A stretch of DNA of 64,000 bases from positions 302-64,301 of the forward strand of contig JBEKER010000002.1 of assembly GCA_050013755.1 (NCBI GenBank), given 5' to 3'. The position numbers were made by a program, and so were the translations under genes. This DNA comes from Halobacteriota archaeon. GTDB lineage: Archaea; Halobacteriota; Bog-38; Methanoflorentales; Methanoflorentaceae. Under the pieces are notes generated by a model. The model searched no databases. It was given only the letters and a program-made list of their open reading frames with translations, and had not been told where the DNA came from. Below, in pieces: positions 37,620 through 49,559 of this stretch (position 1 is the first letter of the stretch; every line of letters starts with the position of its first letter).

Positions 37620-38803
37620 CCGTTGAGTCGGTCCCAAGCCTCATGTTCAGCTATCCTCATAACACGCTTAACAGGGATATTTAGCTTCTTGGCAAGCGCA
37701 GTTGCATCGTCAAATTCGGCGGCAACGTTGAGTACAGTCCCGTGCTGGTCTGTCGCAACTTTTACGTTGATCGTGTGGGATTCATTGCCTATGCGCACCG
37801 TTACGGGCTCAAAACGCCTCAGTGTTTTGATTCTATGATGTGTAGGCGTGATTCGCACTCCTAAGCTGCCAGTTTCTTCAATGATCTTCTTTGCAAGTCG
37901 GTGCGTTTCAGCGGGTCGGGCGATCACCTGGATAATGTGACCAGTTCTGCTTTTTTTCCCCGTCGTAGGTATTATTGCCACGTCGAGCGCGCCAATTTCG
38001 AGGAGCCCCTCTATGAGACTTCCGAGCACCTCTCCTGTGACGTCATCAACGTTGGTTTCAAGCACTTGGACGTCATCGAGCAGCAGATCTTCATTAACCT
38101 GGCCGAGTGTGGCACGCAGCACGTTTGCGTGAAGGTAGTCTCGAGACCCAGCGCCGTACCCCACGCGCTCGAGGGTCATTTCCGGCAAGAAAACGTCCGA
38201 AATTCCGGTGAAAAAGGCAAGTATAGCCGCGCCTGTCGGGGTGAGCAGTTCGCCTTCAACAGGCCCTCCTCTGGTTATCAGGTGGTATTTGGAGAGTATG
38301 GCAGCGGTCACGGGAGCGGGTACGGGCAGACGTCCGTGAGCAGTCTCCACAGACCCCCCGCCCACACATATAGGGGCCGTGAATACGGAATTAACCTGCA
38401 GTTGCGAAACAGCAGTGCAGGCGCCGATCACATCTGCAACGGCATCTTGAGCGCCCACTTGGTGGAATACGAGCTCATCTTTGTGAACTCCGTGCACGGC
38501 TGCCTCTGCCTCTGCTAGGATCCCAAATATCGCGCTCGCATCTGCGAGTATCGGTGAACTGATCCCGCACGATTGAATCGCGTCGATGAGTTCTACGTAC
38601 GAACGTGACCCGTCATGCGCGATCACGTTGACGCGCGTTGCCCGTATCCCTGACTTTTGCACCTCGCAGATCTGTACTTCGACGCCGGCGGCAGCTTCCA
38701 TGTTCTCTCGAACGTCGGATGCGTTCGCGCCAAGATCGATGAGGCAACCAGTCACCATATCCCCTGAAGCGCCGGAAAAAGGCTCAAATGCAAGTATCGT
38801 CAT
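37616..38803 (-). CDS. larC: nickel pincer cofactor Ni-insertase LarC
   Basis: GASGDM, HGRLPVPAP, ELLTPTGAA, GYGAG and LETNVDD. Confidence 0.93.
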   Translation of the reverse strand: MTILAFEPFSGASGDMVTGCLIDLGANASDVRENMEAAAGVEVQICEVQKSGIRATRVNVIAHDGSRSYVELIDAIQSCGISSPILADASAIFGILAEAEAAVHGVHKDELVFHQVGAQDAVADVIGACTAVSQLQVNSVFTAPICVGGGSVETAHGRLPVPAPVTAAILSKYHLITRGGPVEGELLTPTGAAILAFFTGISDVFLPEMTLERVGYGAGSRDYLHANVLRATLGQVNEDLLLDDVQVLETNVDDVTGEVLGSLIEGLLEIGALDVAIIPTTGKKSRTGHIIQVIARPAETHRLAKKIIEETGSLGVRITPTHHRIKTLRRFEPVTVRIGNESHTINVKVATDQHGTVLNVAAEFDDATALAKKLNIPVKRVMRIAEHEAWDRLNG

Positions 38804-38877
38804 GGGTATGCAGCTAGAGCTGTTTTAGCCACCCTTATATATCACCATGGTATCATATAAACTTAGGTTCTGATCGT

Positions 38878-41094
38878 ATGCCGCAAGAGGCCCAGCTAAA
38901 AGTCGCCAAAGCCTATCCGAACGATTCTGGAAGGGGTATCGCTCGACTTGACCCAGACACACTTCTGAAGCTTCAGCTGTCTCCTGGAGAGATCATCGAG
39001 ATCGTTGGCAAGACTAGTACCGCCGCAAAAGTCTGGCGGGCCGATCGTCAGGATTGGCACGAGGGCATCATACGGATAGACGGTTTCATTCGTCAAAACG
39101 CAGGCGTCGGAATGGGGGAGCGTGTTCTTGTGCGCAAGCCAAAGGTCAACGAAGCGCAGAAAGTTGTGCTTGCCCCTCCTGAAGGGAGTGTTGCCCAACC
39201 GCTTGCCGAGATGACCGAGAGCGTGCACCGTCAGCTGCTCAAGCGCCCTATGGTTCAGGGAGACGTCGTGCCCATTATGAGCGTCGCGTCGCATCCGCTC
39301 TTGCGGGTGCCGGGTCAAGCCGTGCCCCTCATCGTCGTCAATACTAGTCCGTTGGGCGTGGTATTCATCACTGAGCGGACCCAACTCGATCTAAGGGATA
39401 AGCCCGTCAAAGGGTTTGAATCCGTGCGCGCTACGGGCATTTCGTACGAAGATATCGGAGGTCTCAGCGACGAGATACAGCGCATACGAGAGATGATCGA
39501 ACTTCCTGTGAAGCATCCCGAAGTATTCCAAACCCTTGGCATAACGCCACCGAGCGGCGTGCTGCTTTACGGGCCTCCTGGTACCGGCAAGACGCTCATT
39601 GCAAAAGCCGTTGCGAATGAATCGGGCGCAACGTTCTATTCGATAGCGGGACCTGAGATTATGAGCAAGTACTATGGGGAGAGCGAGCAAAGGCTGCGTG
39701 AAATCTTCGAGGAAGCTCGCGAGCGCACTCCCTCGATTGTATTTATCGATGAGCTTGATTCAATCGCGCCGAAGCGCGAAGACGTAACCGGAGAAGTCGA
39801 GCGACGTGTTGTCGCGCAGCTGCTTACCATAATGGATGGGCTTGAAGAGCGGGGCGAAATAATAATAGTCGGAGCGACAAACAGGGTTGAAGCGATTGAT
39901 CCTGCTTTGAGGCGTCCGGGGCGATTTGATAGGGAGATTGAAATATCGGTGCCGGATTATAGCGGCAGAGAGGAGATACTTCAGATTCACACGCGGGACA
40001 TGCCGCTCGCCAGCGACGTTAAGCTTGAAGCGCTAGCGAGCATCACCCACGGCTTTGTGGGAGCAGATCTCCTCTCGCTCACGAAAGAGGCGGCGATGCG
40101 TGCCTTGAGGAGATACATGCCAGACATCGACCTCGAAAAGGAGATTCCGGCAGAGACTCTCACTAAAATGAAAATCACCGAAGAGGACTTTAGTGAAGCG
40201 TTTCGAGAAATTCAGCCGAGTGCCCTCCGTGAGATTCTTGTCGAAATTCCTGATACCACCTGGAGCGACGTAGGCGGGCTTGAGGAAGCTCGGCAGGAGT
40301 TGATCGAAGTGATAGAATGGCCTATAAAAGAGCCCCGATCATTCAGAAGAATGGGCATTAAGCCGCCTAGGGGCATCTTGCTGTTCGGGCCGCCAGGAAC
40401 TGGCAAGACCCTCATCGTCAGAGCGGTGGCTAATGAAACTGAAGCGAACTTCATAAGCGTGCGGGGCCCTGAGCTGATGAGTAAATGGGTCGGCGAATCA
40501 GAGCGCGCAGTAAGGAGCGTTTTTAAGAAGGCGCGACAAGTGGCGCCTGTTGTTGTTTTTCTCGACGAACTCGATGCGCTCGCCCCGGTGAGAGGCGTAG
40601 AGGACACGTCACGGGTCTCTGAACGAGTCGTGAACACTCTGCTGACGGAGCTTGACGGCTTACAAGATCTCAAGGACATTGTCGTGATCGCCGCTACGAA
40701 CCGGCCTGACATAGTGGATCCCGCGCTGTTACGCTCAGGACGATTCGACCGAATGATACTGCTTGGTGCGCCTCAGAAGAGTGCGCGAGTATCAATCTTG
40801 AATATCCACACGCGGACAATGCCTCTCTCCGATGACGTTGACATTGAAGAGCTTGCGGATCTTACGGAGTGGTACGTGGGCAGCGACCTAGAGACTCTCT
40901 GCAAAGAAGCGGCAATGCTCGCGTTACGAGAGGCAATGGACATAAGTTCCATTGAAATGCGGCATTTTAGAGAAGCACTCAAAAAAGTACGGCCAGCGAT
41001 TGACGAACACACGATGCAATACTACGAGCAGATAAAACAGAAATTTACAGGGGGGCGACCTGCTGAGCCGACGACGCACATAAGCTATCAGTGA
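38878..41094 (+). CDS. cdc48: CDC48/VAT AAA+ ATPase
   Basis: Two AAA modules with GPPGTGKT; C-terminal HbYX-like SYQ. Confidence 0.96.
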   Translation: MPQEAQLKVAKAYPNDSGRGIARLDPDTLLKLQLSPGEIIEIVGKTSTAAKVWRADRQDWHEGIIRIDGFIRQNAGVGMGERVLVRKPKVNEAQKVVLAPPEGSVAQPLAEMTESVHRQLLKRPMVQGDVVPIMSVASHPLLRVPGQAVPLIVVNTSPLGVVFITERTQLDLRDKPVKGFESVRATGISYEDIGGLSDEIQRIREMIELPVKHPEVFQTLGITPPSGVLLYGPPGTGKTLIAKAVANESGATFYSIAGPEIMSKYYGESEQRLREIFEEARERTPSIVFIDELDSIAPKREDVTGEVERRVVAQLLTIMDGLEERGEIIIVGATNRVEAIDPALRRPGRFDREIEISVPDYSGREEILQIHTRDMPLASDVKLEALASITHGFVGADLLSLTKEAAMRALRRYMPDIDLEKEIPAETLTKMKITEEDFSEAFREIQPSALREILVEIPDTTWSDVGGLEEARQELIEVIEWPIKEPRSFRRMGIKPPRGILLFGPPGTGKTLIVRAVANETEANFISVRGPELMSKWVGESERAVRSVFKKARQVAPVVVFLDELDALAPVRGVEDTSRVSERVVNTLLTELDGLQDLKDIVVIAATNRPDIVDPALLRSGRFDRMILLGAPQKSARVSILNIHTRTMPLSDDVDIEELADLTEWYVGSDLETLCKEAAMLALREAMDISSIEMRHFREALKKVRPAIDEHTMQYYEQIKQKFTGGRPAEPTTHISYQ

Positions 41095-41143
41095 GCGCCG
41101 GGCACAAGAAACCCTTTATATGATAACTACATAGCAAGCAAAG

Positions 41144-41404
41144 ATGAAGAAGGAGATATTCGCTAAGAATCTGTCTAATAAGCAAGTAATGGGGAGCGAT
41201 GGTACAGACATCGGCACGCTCTATGACCTCATTATAGATGGGAGCACAGGCGATATCCTCGACCTCAAAGTGAAGCCCGATCCCGATCTGAACCTGCAGG
41301 AGTTTAGGACAGAAAACGACTTCATATTCCTACCATTTGACGCTGTCAGGGCGATAAAGGATTACATCGTCGTCGATAGAAAGTTAATCAAACAGCCGTT
41401 GTGA
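41144..41404 (+). CDS. PRC-barrel protein (CdpB2-like cell-division family)
   Basis: FAKNLSNKQVMGSDG..IG.L...AIKDYIVV. Confidence 0.8.
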   Translation: MKKEIFAKNLSNKQVMGSDGTDIGTLYDLIIDGSTGDILDLKVKPDPDLNLQEFRTENDFIFLPFDAVRAIKDYIVVDRKLIKQPL

Positions 41405-41954
41405 TCAAAAGAAACGCTGCAGCGCCCGTTTGAGACGAGTGTCGTAGACTGTACTGAAAATTGTCGCTTTGGCTCGTGGTTTTTTTCGTGATTGATTCAG
41501 ATCGCTGACGTGCAGTGGCATTACCGCGTGTGGCGCAAACTGAGATAAAAAGAGGCACGCGTACTAATCCATAAAGCTTTGCGGCACGTATTCGGACTAA
41601 AAAGCGGTTGTAAAGCCTTTCCGTAAGCTGATTCCGCATCGAAGCGCTTAAAAGGCCCATATCAAGCATCGCGTTTGCAAAGTTTTCGATGGGTAGGAAG
41701 TAGTTATCGGACGTGCAAGACTATTGACCCGACAGGATGCGACTAGATGAAAAGAGCAGCGTATTCGGTATCTCGCGCGCCATACGGTTTTTTTTTCGGT
41801 TGCGGCTGCCGGATGCCCGATAACCCTCAAATCTCCTGCCAAGACAATCGAACAGCATAGCATCTGTCGTTCGCGAACAAGACTGCAAGCAGCGGTTTAA
41901 GGTATTACTGACTTAGAAATAGAGAGCACAAAAAAGCCAGAGCAGAGGAATGGA

Positions 41955-42783
41955 ATGCAAGTCGACGATTTAATGAGTGGGCCTGTATACACAGTTTCAC
42001 CTGATGATACTGTCAGTCACGTGAAAAACGTGATGCTTAAGCACAAAGTGGGCAGGGTAGTAGTGGCGTATCAAGTGGCTCTTGTCGGCGTTATTGCCAA
42101 ATACGACCTCGCGAAGATGCTCGAGTCGTCAGCCGCGGGTTGGCGAAGGAGCCATCAAGATCGCGCCTTAGCCAAGACCGTAATGTCTGAGTCACTGCTT
42201 TACCTGAAACGTCAATCGTGAATGCGGCCCAAGAGATGATAGCAAACGGGATCGGCTGCCTCCCAGTAGTAAAAGAGGGCGAACTAGTTGGCGTCTTCAC
42301 TGAGACTGATTTGGTAACTATTTTGGAACCACAGACTCGAGAGTGCAGATCAAGACTATAATGACCGATTCATTTCTCACGTGCCACCGCCACCATTCTA
42401 TCAACCACGTGTTGCGCGACATGGAAACCAACCACGTTTTTCGGACGATCGTTCAGGAAGGGAACGGTGTTCGTGTTGGCATCATTACGCATACCAATCT
42501 GACTTTTGCCAAAGAGCCGTTTGTGAGTTCAAAAGACGTTGTGATGGTGAGAAAGGCCGAACACGCAGGCGCGCAAAAAAATCGATACGTGCGAAAAGTG
42601 CTCGAAGTTGCAGAAGACATCATGTCAGAGCCGCTCATAACGATCGGCAGTGATTCAAGAGCAGTGGCCGCCGCCCGATTGATGGTTGCGAAACGAATAG
42701 ATGCCATTCCTGTCGTCAGAGAGGGGTCGGTCGTGGGCGTTATATCGAAAACCGACATCGTTAAGAGGATTAGGATAAGGTGA
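41955..42783 (+). pseudogene. 4-CBS-domain protein with two frameshifts (~42191, ~42317)
   Basis: Middle frame VTALPETSIVNAAQEMIANGIGCLPVVKEGELVGVFTETDLV links ORFs 41955..42221 and 42343..42783. Confidence 0.8.
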
Positions 42784-42819
42784 CTGTCTGTTTGGCTTGA
42801 TCAACGACGGGAGTAACTA

Positions 42820-43607
42820 ATGCGATTCGACAACTACGCCTCAAGCACAGCATCAGATCTAGCTACGCGGGCGTACCTCATCGATAAAACTGATCGAATA
42901 TCCCACGCCCTAGATCTCATGGAAAAACACAAAGTCAATCAACTGCTCGTCACGAACGAAGGGGAGATCTTCGGCGTTTTAACGAAAAAAGGGATTGCAC
43001 GCACACTGGGGGCAAGTGGCGACGTCATTAAGCCAGCGTCATCACTTCACGTGACCAAAGCAGTTGATGAGACGCTCACCACCGTAAGCGGCGCACTGAC
43101 TACAGGCGAGATCGGCCTCCTGATGAAAACTTCTGAGGTATTGGTCGTCGTCTGTGACCAATCTACAGGGTGGATAACGTTTAACGAGATCGTCAAAGCC
43201 AGCAGACCAGTCGGATCTGCAGGCGAAATCAAGGATCCGCCCGTACGTGTTCGCCTTTCGACCGAGTAACCCACGTGAGGCGAAGGATGATCGACGAAGA
43301 AGCGTGGTGGATGATGGTCGTTGATGACAACAAGCTCGTTGGCATTATAACCGAGAATGACATCGCGAAGGCAATGAGCCAATTTAGGGATGTAGTGAAA
43401 ACCCACTATCAAGATTCACGGATAAGGAAACTCGTCGTCGATGATATTATGGTCACTGACATCGTATTTGTGAGAACTAGTACTCCGTGCGATGAAGCGG
43501 TAGATCTAATGCTGAAACACGACGTCGAGGGTGTGCCCGTCTTTGATCAAACGGATGCGATAGTCGGGATGATTACTCAAAATACTATCCTTCGCAAGCT
43601 TGAGTGA
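42820..43607 (+). pseudogene. 4-CBS-domain protein with one frameshift (~43245)
   Basis: ...KDPPV / TCSPFDRVTHVRRRM... joins the two track ORFs. Confidence 0.8.
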
Positions 43608-43662
43608 AACGAGATCAGCAACAGCCCTCTGCAGACTGCCCGCTTAACAAAGGCGCTGTCTG

Positions 43663-44721
43663 CTACTGCGGCGTGATGCCACCCGTGCAGTCGATTACTC
43701 CTGAGGCTCCGATCTCGCCACTGATTTTAAACCGACAGCCGGTTAACATCTGAGTTACCTCCACGGCAGTTACGGTGTGAAGCGTAAGCTTGCTTATTGC
43801 AATTCTAGAACGTCCCTCTGCTAGCGCCAGCCAGATAACCAACTGGTCGCCCAGATGCACGTCGAACGCTGCCCCTTTCGATAATTGCGTTAGAAGCCGC
43901 GCTGCCCCCTCTCGTCCAACGAGCTCAGCAGGCTTGCCTCGCGCGCCTAATGCATCCCCTGCTAATCTGCCTCCAGTTGACGTCTCCGCCCAGAGTACTA
44001 TGCCGCTTCCAGTAGATGGGTTTTCTTCTCTTTGATCAGAATCTCGCTCGATGCTTACATTTGGATAACCCGCGCGCGTGCAGCTTTGTGTTGCTGCTTC
44101 CGCTTGGCGTTTTGCGACGTGAGCTGGGAGATTGCGCGAGTGTGATATCCCCCTAATACCTCGTAGAGATCCCGTGCTGACGACATTAATAGCAGTTAGT
44201 CTTTCTACGGGCGTGACGACGGCCGTTAGGACCCCCCCGCCGCGAGGATAGAATCCCCTCTTTATGAGGCGCAATTCGTAGAAAAATCCCATGGTAGCTA
44301 GTACAGGATTTAAGACATTGATCACGTAGTCGACTTGCGGTGCTAAAGGATTGTTTGTGCCACCGAAGAGGGTAACAGAAGAGGGTTGATCGGCGAATGC
44401 GAGCACGGGCAGAAGTGCTTGCAGCATGAGTGTAGTACTGCCGGCCGTTTTTGCATCAAAGCTATAAATCCCGCCGCGCCTCCGCCCTGGAACGAAAGTT
44501 ACTTCAGACGAGCCGAGGTCGAGCCCGTCTACCTTCGCGTTTGCGACCTCCGCTAAGGCTCGCATCGCCGTCAAATGTTGAGGTCGCAGTCCGGGGTTTG
44601 CCCGGTTGACCCTCACGTTCTTGATTGCGACGGACTCGCCCGTCAAGGCTGAAAGCGCTATGCAAACGCGCAGCACTTGGCCTCCCCCCTCACCTATGCT
44701 GCCGTCAATCTTTATCATCAC
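43663..44721 (-). CDS. rtcA: RNA 3'-terminal phosphate cyclase
   Basis: IDGSIGEGGGQVLR, GLRPQH, GFYPRGGG and HLGDQL. Confidence 0.96.
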   Translation of the reverse strand: MMIKIDGSIGEGGGQVLRVCIALSALTGESVAIKNVRVNRANPGLRPQHLTAMRALAEVANAKVDGLDLGSSEVTFVPGRRRGGIYSFDAKTAGSTTLMLQALLPVLAFADQPSSVTLFGGTNNPLAPQVDYVINVLNPVLATMGFFYELRLIKRGFYPRGGGVLTAVVTPVERLTAINVVSTGSLRGIRGISHSRNLPAHVAKRQAEAATQSCTRAGYPNVSIERDSDQREENPSTGSGIVLWAETSTGGRLAGDALGARGKPAELVGREGAARLLTQLSKGAAFDVHLGDQLVIWLALAEGRSRIAISKLTLHTVTAVEVTQMLTGCRFKISGEIGASGVIDCTGGITPQ

Positions 44722-45347
44722 TATTTACGTAAGCTGAAAATATGAAAAACTGCTGGTGAGTTGCACCTCGGGGAACATGAATCTCAACTCGACCAACATC
44801 GGCTCAACAAAGCGCTGGCGGCGGGTGCAGATTACAGCAAGCAGTTGACGTGCAGTAAACCGCCAAGCAAGTATTATTTAGTACTTGGTCCTTCTACTAC
44901 TACCCGAGTTTTGACTGCCGGCACGGCAGTCGATTGTTGTCGGAGCAAAGCATGGGACGACAGGACACGACTACAGTTTGTAAACTTTGTCAGCGCAGCT
45001 TCGAAAAGTCAGAAGTAGGTCGAATCAAAATCCTTAGGCGCGAAAAAAAAGGAGAAAGTGCTCTCTGGATCTGCTCTCACTGCGCAGGGCGAATTAAGTT
45101 CGCAGAGCACTAAGGCGCTGAGTATCCCCGGCGCAAGTCAAGCCACGCCAGTCTTATGCACGTCTGTCGTGAGCAGATGGAGGGACCGTGTCTGCGTTTT
45201 TTGTCCCGCGCATGTCGACCCAAATCAGTTTTCGGCTGACCTATCTGAGCTCTTCTGACATCGTAACGAGGCCGCCAGCGTGCTCTCTGATGGCATTAAT
45301 GAGCTCAGCTCGGTTGGCTGCGATCAATACGTATTTATGCCCTTGTT

Positions 45348-46118
45348 GTGTTCTATGAGCATGTGAGGGTTGTTTTACTCACGGGTGAAGAAAAACAGCG
45401 TGAGCGCTTCCTTGTCGAACTTGCTCGTCGCTACAAGGTGGCGATGCTCCGCGAAGAACACGAGGTTAAACCGGCGTCATTCACGAGAAAAATCGCGAGC
45501 GACCTGCTTTCGATACAGTCACCCACGAGATACGTTCTGACGCAGCGCGCTATTGATGCAAATGAGATCGCCCGAGAGCTCGATCAGTTAGCGGAACGAG
45601 AAGACATTGATTTTGCGGTTGTTGTAGGCAGCGCGCTTACATCAAGAATTACATCCTTTCACGAGGTTTACGAGGCGCGAGTAGGGCCTTCTATGAACTT
45701 CGGACAACAGTTTGAGTCGCTTGCGACTGCACCGGAATGGATAACGCTCGGTGCACTCGTAAGAGCCGTGCGAGCACACCCTGATATTCACAAAGCAGGA
45801 GCGATACTTACGTTCACCGGAGTTGTCCGCGGAGAAGCGTTAGCGCTTGAATTTGACATCTACGAAGGGGAAGCCCAGCAGCGAATCTCTTCAATCGCGC
45901 GCGATTTGATGGCAATAGAGGGCATAATCGACGCAAAGATATACCACAAATCAGGCCGTGTCAATAGAGGCGAGGACATCGTGTACATCGTCGTTGCGGC
46001 GGCCCATCGACAAGAAGGCTTTAAGGCACTGAGGGATGCAATAGAACGAATCAAGAAAGAAGTTCCCATTTGGAAAAAGGAACTTACTGAACGGGGTGAC
46101 AAATGGGTAGGAATATGA
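45348..46118 (+). CDS. moaE: molybdopterin synthase catalytic subunit with degenerate MobB-like N-terminal domain
   Basis: GAILTFTGVVR, AAAHRQEGF, IKKEVPIWKKE; start may be GTG 45363. Confidence 0.85.
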   Translation: MFYEHVRVVLLTGEEKQRERFLVELARRYKVAMLREEHEVKPASFTRKIASDLLSIQSPTRYVLTQRAIDANEIARELDQLAEREDIDFAVVVGSALTSRITSFHEVYEARVGPSMNFGQQFESLATAPEWITLGALVRAVRAHPDIHKAGAILTFTGVVRGEALALEFDIYEGEAQQRISSIARDLMAIEGIIDAKIYHKSGRVNRGEDIVYIVVAAAHRQEGFKALRDAIERIKKEVPIWKKELTERGDKWVGI

Positions 46119-46215
46119 GGGCGGCACGCGCTAATGACGCGTTCACGATAACGCGCTCGCGTTTCATTCGAGGGGCACTTATTCTTTCTGCCAGCTATGC
46201 ACGAGGGGGCTCATC

Positions 46216-47538
46216 ATGAGGCTTTTCGGAACGAACGGTGTGCGGGGGATAGTAAACCAGGATGTTACTGCAGAGCTCGCCCTGCGGCTGGCGATGAGCC
46301 TGGGAACACTTACGAGGGGCACTGTGGCGGTCGGACAGGATACGCGCGTGTCCGGTAGTATGCTCAGTCACGCGGCCATCGCCGGACTGCTCGCAACGGG
46401 TTGCAAGGTCATAAATCTCGGCATAGCGCCGACTCCTGCGGTGCAGTACTTCGTGCGCGACAACGCCGACGCGGGAATCGTGATCACGGCATCGCACAAT
46501 CCGCGAGAATACAATGGGCTAAAACTGATTGCGGGAGACGGAACGGAATTCGCAAGTGAAGGAGAACTTGCTGTTGAAGACGTATATTTCAAAGGCGGCC
46601 TCAGGCTTGCTGACTGGCGCGAGACCGGTGAACTTTCGGACACCAACGTGATACCCGCTTACATTGAGGGTACTATGAGAAAGGTGAACGCCCCCGACAT
46701 TAGAAAGCGCGGGTTCGTTGTCGCCGTCGATACTGGCTGTGGGGCGGGCAGCATTGTAACGCCCTTCTTGTTAAGCAAGCTCAACTGCAAAGTCACGACG
46801 ATTAATGCGCAGATCGACGGCACCTTCCCGAGTAGAAATCCAGAACCGACAGAGGATGTGCTTAGCGATCTTGGAAAGATCGTCCTCTCGAACGGCGCCG
46901 ATTTGGGCGTTGCACACGATGGAGATGCCGATAGAGCGGTTTTTATCGACGAGAAGGGGAATTTCGTCAATGAAGACGTACTACTTGCAATTATCGTCAA
47001 GCACGTTCTCTCCAAGAAAGTAGGCCCCGTCGTCACACCCGTCAGCTCATCGCAGCGGATAGTCGACGTGGCTGAAGCAGCCGGCGGTCACGTCATATGG
47101 ACTCCTGTGGGGAGCATCTACGTCGCGAGGATGATGATGCAAGTGAATGCTGTGATTGGGGGAGAGGGCAATGGGGGCATCATCTTCCCTGAACATCAAT
47201 ACTGTCGAGATGGAGCGATGACGGTAGCGAAGGTACTTGAGATAATGACCGAGCGTGGCAAGAAAATCTCTGAGCTCGTCAAAGAAATTCCCAAACGATA
47301 TATGGACAAGACGAAAGTCACCTGTCGCGATCGGGATGCAACAATGCAACAAATCCGTTCATCGGTCGAAGGAAACATCGACACAACCGATGGCGTAAAG
47401 ATTTGGTATGACGACGGTTGGCTGCTGATACGCCCTTCGGGGACTGAGCCAATCATCCGAATTTTTGTCGAAGCTGAAACGAAGCGAAGAGCCAGGGACC
47501 TCCTAGAAGCAGGTAAGCAACTGACCAAGGGCTGCTGA
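46216..47538 (+). CDS. glmM: phosphoglucosamine/phosphomannomutase
   Basis: FGTNGVRG, TASHNP, DGDADR and RPSGTEP. Confidence 0.9.
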   Translation: MRLFGTNGVRGIVNQDVTAELALRLAMSLGTLTRGTVAVGQDTRVSGSMLSHAAIAGLLATGCKVINLGIAPTPAVQYFVRDNADAGIVITASHNPREYNGLKLIAGDGTEFASEGELAVEDVYFKGGLRLADWRETGELSDTNVIPAYIEGTMRKVNAPDIRKRGFVVAVDTGCGAGSIVTPFLLSKLNCKVTTINAQIDGTFPSRNPEPTEDVLSDLGKIVLSNGADLGVAHDGDADRAVFIDEKGNFVNEDVLLAIIVKHVLSKKVGPVVTPVSSSQRIVDVAEAAGGHVIWTPVGSIYVARMMMQVNAVIGGEGNGGIIFPEHQYCRDGAMTVAKVLEIMTERGKKISELVKEIPKRYMDKTKVTCRDRDATMQQIRSSVEGNIDTTDGVKIWYDDGWLLIRPSGTEPIIRIFVEAETKRRARDLLEAGKQLTKGC

Positions 47539-47578
47539 TGTTAGAGCGAGGAAATCGAATTATCCGGTCTGGTGAGAG

Positions 47579-48526
47579 ATGAGCCTAGAGGAGCTTTTGA
47601 TTCTTGATGCGGAGGCCGAAGCACACGAACGCAGTCTAGAGTTTTTTGTAACGGGTTGCAGCGGGTTTATCGGTACCCACTTGGTCGGTCGTCTCCTTAG
47701 TAACGGACACATCGTCACTGGCTACGACCTAGTCCAACCACAGTACGCTCACCCAAATTTTGAGTTTATAGAAGGGGATATCCTCGATTTGGAGAGACTC
47801 CAGGCGAGTATCGTCAAACCTGACGGCATCTTTCATCTCGCAGCGCAAACCAAGGTGCCTGATTCGACGCGCGATCCGGCTTACGACTTCCGCGTCAACG
47901 CGCGCGGCACGTTCAACGTCTTGTCTTGCGCCTCGGACGCTCGGTTCATTTATGCCTCGACGAGCACCGTCTACGGAACCGCTTCCGTGCCGACTGCAGA
48001 AGGTCATCCTCTACGTCCTGTATCCTTTTACGGTGCTTCCAAAGCCGCTGGTGAGCTTTATTGTTCTGCGTTTAACGGCATCTTGGGACTGCCTACGATT
48101 TCTCTTCGTCTTTATAATGTCTATGGGCCAGGCAATGCCAAAGGCGTCATGTATGACCTTATAAGGAAGCTGCAGAGGGACGGTAGCGCCCTTGAAATCC
48201 TCGGCACAGGACTCCAGAAGAAAGATTACGTGTATATAGATGACGTGATTGACGCCTTCGTACTTGCTTATGATAAAGGGATCCCTGGCGACGCGTACAA
48301 CATCGGCAGCGGGAGCGCCACCACCGTCAACGAGATTGCCGAACGTATCTGCAAGTTGATGGGCCTGGGTCCCGATGTCTATCGCACTGGCGGCAAGTCC
48401 TGGGAAGGCGACATTGAGTCAACGCAGGCTGACGTATCGCTTTTTGCCTCGTTTGGCTGGGAGCCTAAAATCGATATGAAAACGGGCTTACAGCACCTTT
48501 ATAAATGGATTCAGGATCAACAGTGA
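47579..48526 (+). CDS. NAD-dependent nucleotide-sugar epimerase (GalE-like)
   Basis: TGCSGFIG, YGASK and NVYGPG. Confidence 0.92.
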   Translation: MSLEELLILDAEAEAHERSLEFFVTGCSGFIGTHLVGRLLSNGHIVTGYDLVQPQYAHPNFEFIEGDILDLERLQASIVKPDGIFHLAAQTKVPDSTRDPAYDFRVNARGTFNVLSCASDARFIYASTSTVYGTASVPTAEGHPLRPVSFYGASKAAGELYCSAFNGILGLPTISLRLYNVYGPGNAKGVMYDLIRKLQRDGSALEILGTGLQKKDYVYIDDVIDAFVLAYDKGIPGDAYNIGSGSATTVNEIAERICKLMGLGPDVYRTGGKSWEGDIESTQADVSLFASFGWEPKIDMKTGLQHLYKWIQDQQ

Positions 48527-48603
48527 CGAGCACCACGCAAATAGCATTGGTGGCCGCGCAATCTGTGCTCGCCAAGCTCTAGGATAAAAGAAATAAAGCG
48601 GCA

Positions 48604-48624
48604 AGTCCAGCTAAGTGCTAGACT
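48604..48624 (-). terminator. conserved hairpin terminator (copies also at 49516-49538 and 50031-50053)
   Basis: (G)AGTCTAGC-N5-GCTGGACT(C) with a G.U pair on the minus strand, then a T-tract, downstream of each PGF-CTERM gene. Confidence 0.7.
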
Positions 48625-48648
48625 CAGCTGCGTATGTGGCTAAGAAGC

Positions 48649-49299
48649 TTACTGCCTACGCCGCAGCACCAAATACGCAACAACCAACAGGCCTGCCACT
48701 CCGTACACCGCCTCAAATCCGGGCAAGCCAAGGAACCCTCCGCTCGCTGTTGGTGACGCCGTCGCAGTCGTCGTTGAGGACGGCGGTATCAACACACCAT
48801 TGATGAGGTCAATTACGCCGTTTGTCGCATTAATATCCGCTTTGGTTACCGTCGCGTTGTCAACCTTTAATGTGGTGCCGTTTACCGAGTAGGGTAAGGA
48901 CAAACCGTTCACTGTCGTGAGGGTACCACTACCGGTAAAGTTGTTCTCGAGCAGCTTCGCGGGGATGACGTGATAAAGCAACAAGTTCGTTAGCGCCGTT
49001 GAGTTATTTTGCAAATCTGCGAGAGTGGATGCGTTAACCTTGGCAAAAGCAGCGTTGTCTGGTGCGAAGACTGTGAAGTTCCCCGGACCGCTCAACACGT
49101 CGGTAAGGTTTGCCTTCTTCAGCAGGCTTACAAGCGTTGTCAAGTTCTTGTTGTTCTCTGCAATTTGTGCTATGGTCTGGGTAGGTTTAGCTGTCGCAGT
49201 CGTGGTCTGCGTTTGCGCGAAAGCTATACTCGACGCTCCGACGACAGAGAGAATCACTAAGGCCGCCACCATAGCAGAAAAGAGCTTCTTACTGACCAT
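48649..49299 (-). CDS. fasciclin (FAS1) surface glycoprotein with PGF-CTERM anchor
   Basis: Signal peptide; TVFAPDNAAF, LLYHVI, NGVID; LPGFEAVYG-TM-RRR. Confidence 0.93.
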   Translation of the reverse strand: MVSKKLFSAMVAALVILSVVGASSIAFAQTQTTTATAKPTQTIAQIAENNKNLTTLVSLLKKANLTDVLSGPGNFTVFAPDNAAFAKVNASTLADLQNNSTALTNLLLYHVIPAKLLENNFTGSGTLTTVNGLSLPYSVNGTTLKVDNATVTKADINATNGVIDLINGVLIPPSSTTTATASPTASGGFLGLPGFEAVYGVAGLLVVAYLVLRRRQ

Positions 49300-49375
49300 T
49301 TTTCACCTCTAAAATTGACTTAAGCTTCCTTTAATTTATGACTTCACATAGGCAATAAACTTTGCTTTTTATCCA

Positions 49376-49490
49376 CTAGCTGCGCCGCATCACCAAGTAC
49401 GCAACGGCCAACAATCCCACTACACCGTACACCGCCTCAAAGCCCGGCAAGCCAAGGCCCCCACCCGTGGTCGGCACTGAGCCGTCTCTC
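49376..49490 (-). pseudogene. orphan PGF-CTERM tail
   Basis: DGSVPTTGGGLGLPGFEAVYGVVGLLAVAYLVMRRS* with no start codon; ~71 nt identical to the tail of 50076..50708. Confidence 0.85.
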
Positions 49491-49559
49491 GAATAATGGA
49501 AGAAAAAATAAAGGCGAGTCCAGCAAAGAGCTAGACTCACACGGATTGTGCCTAGAGCG

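Noticed and set aside
44760-45320. Intergenic ORFs and CTGAGCTC/GAGCTCAG stem upstream of moaE as a Moco riboswitch
   Set aside because: The ORFs are not protein-like, and a single stem is insufficient evidence.
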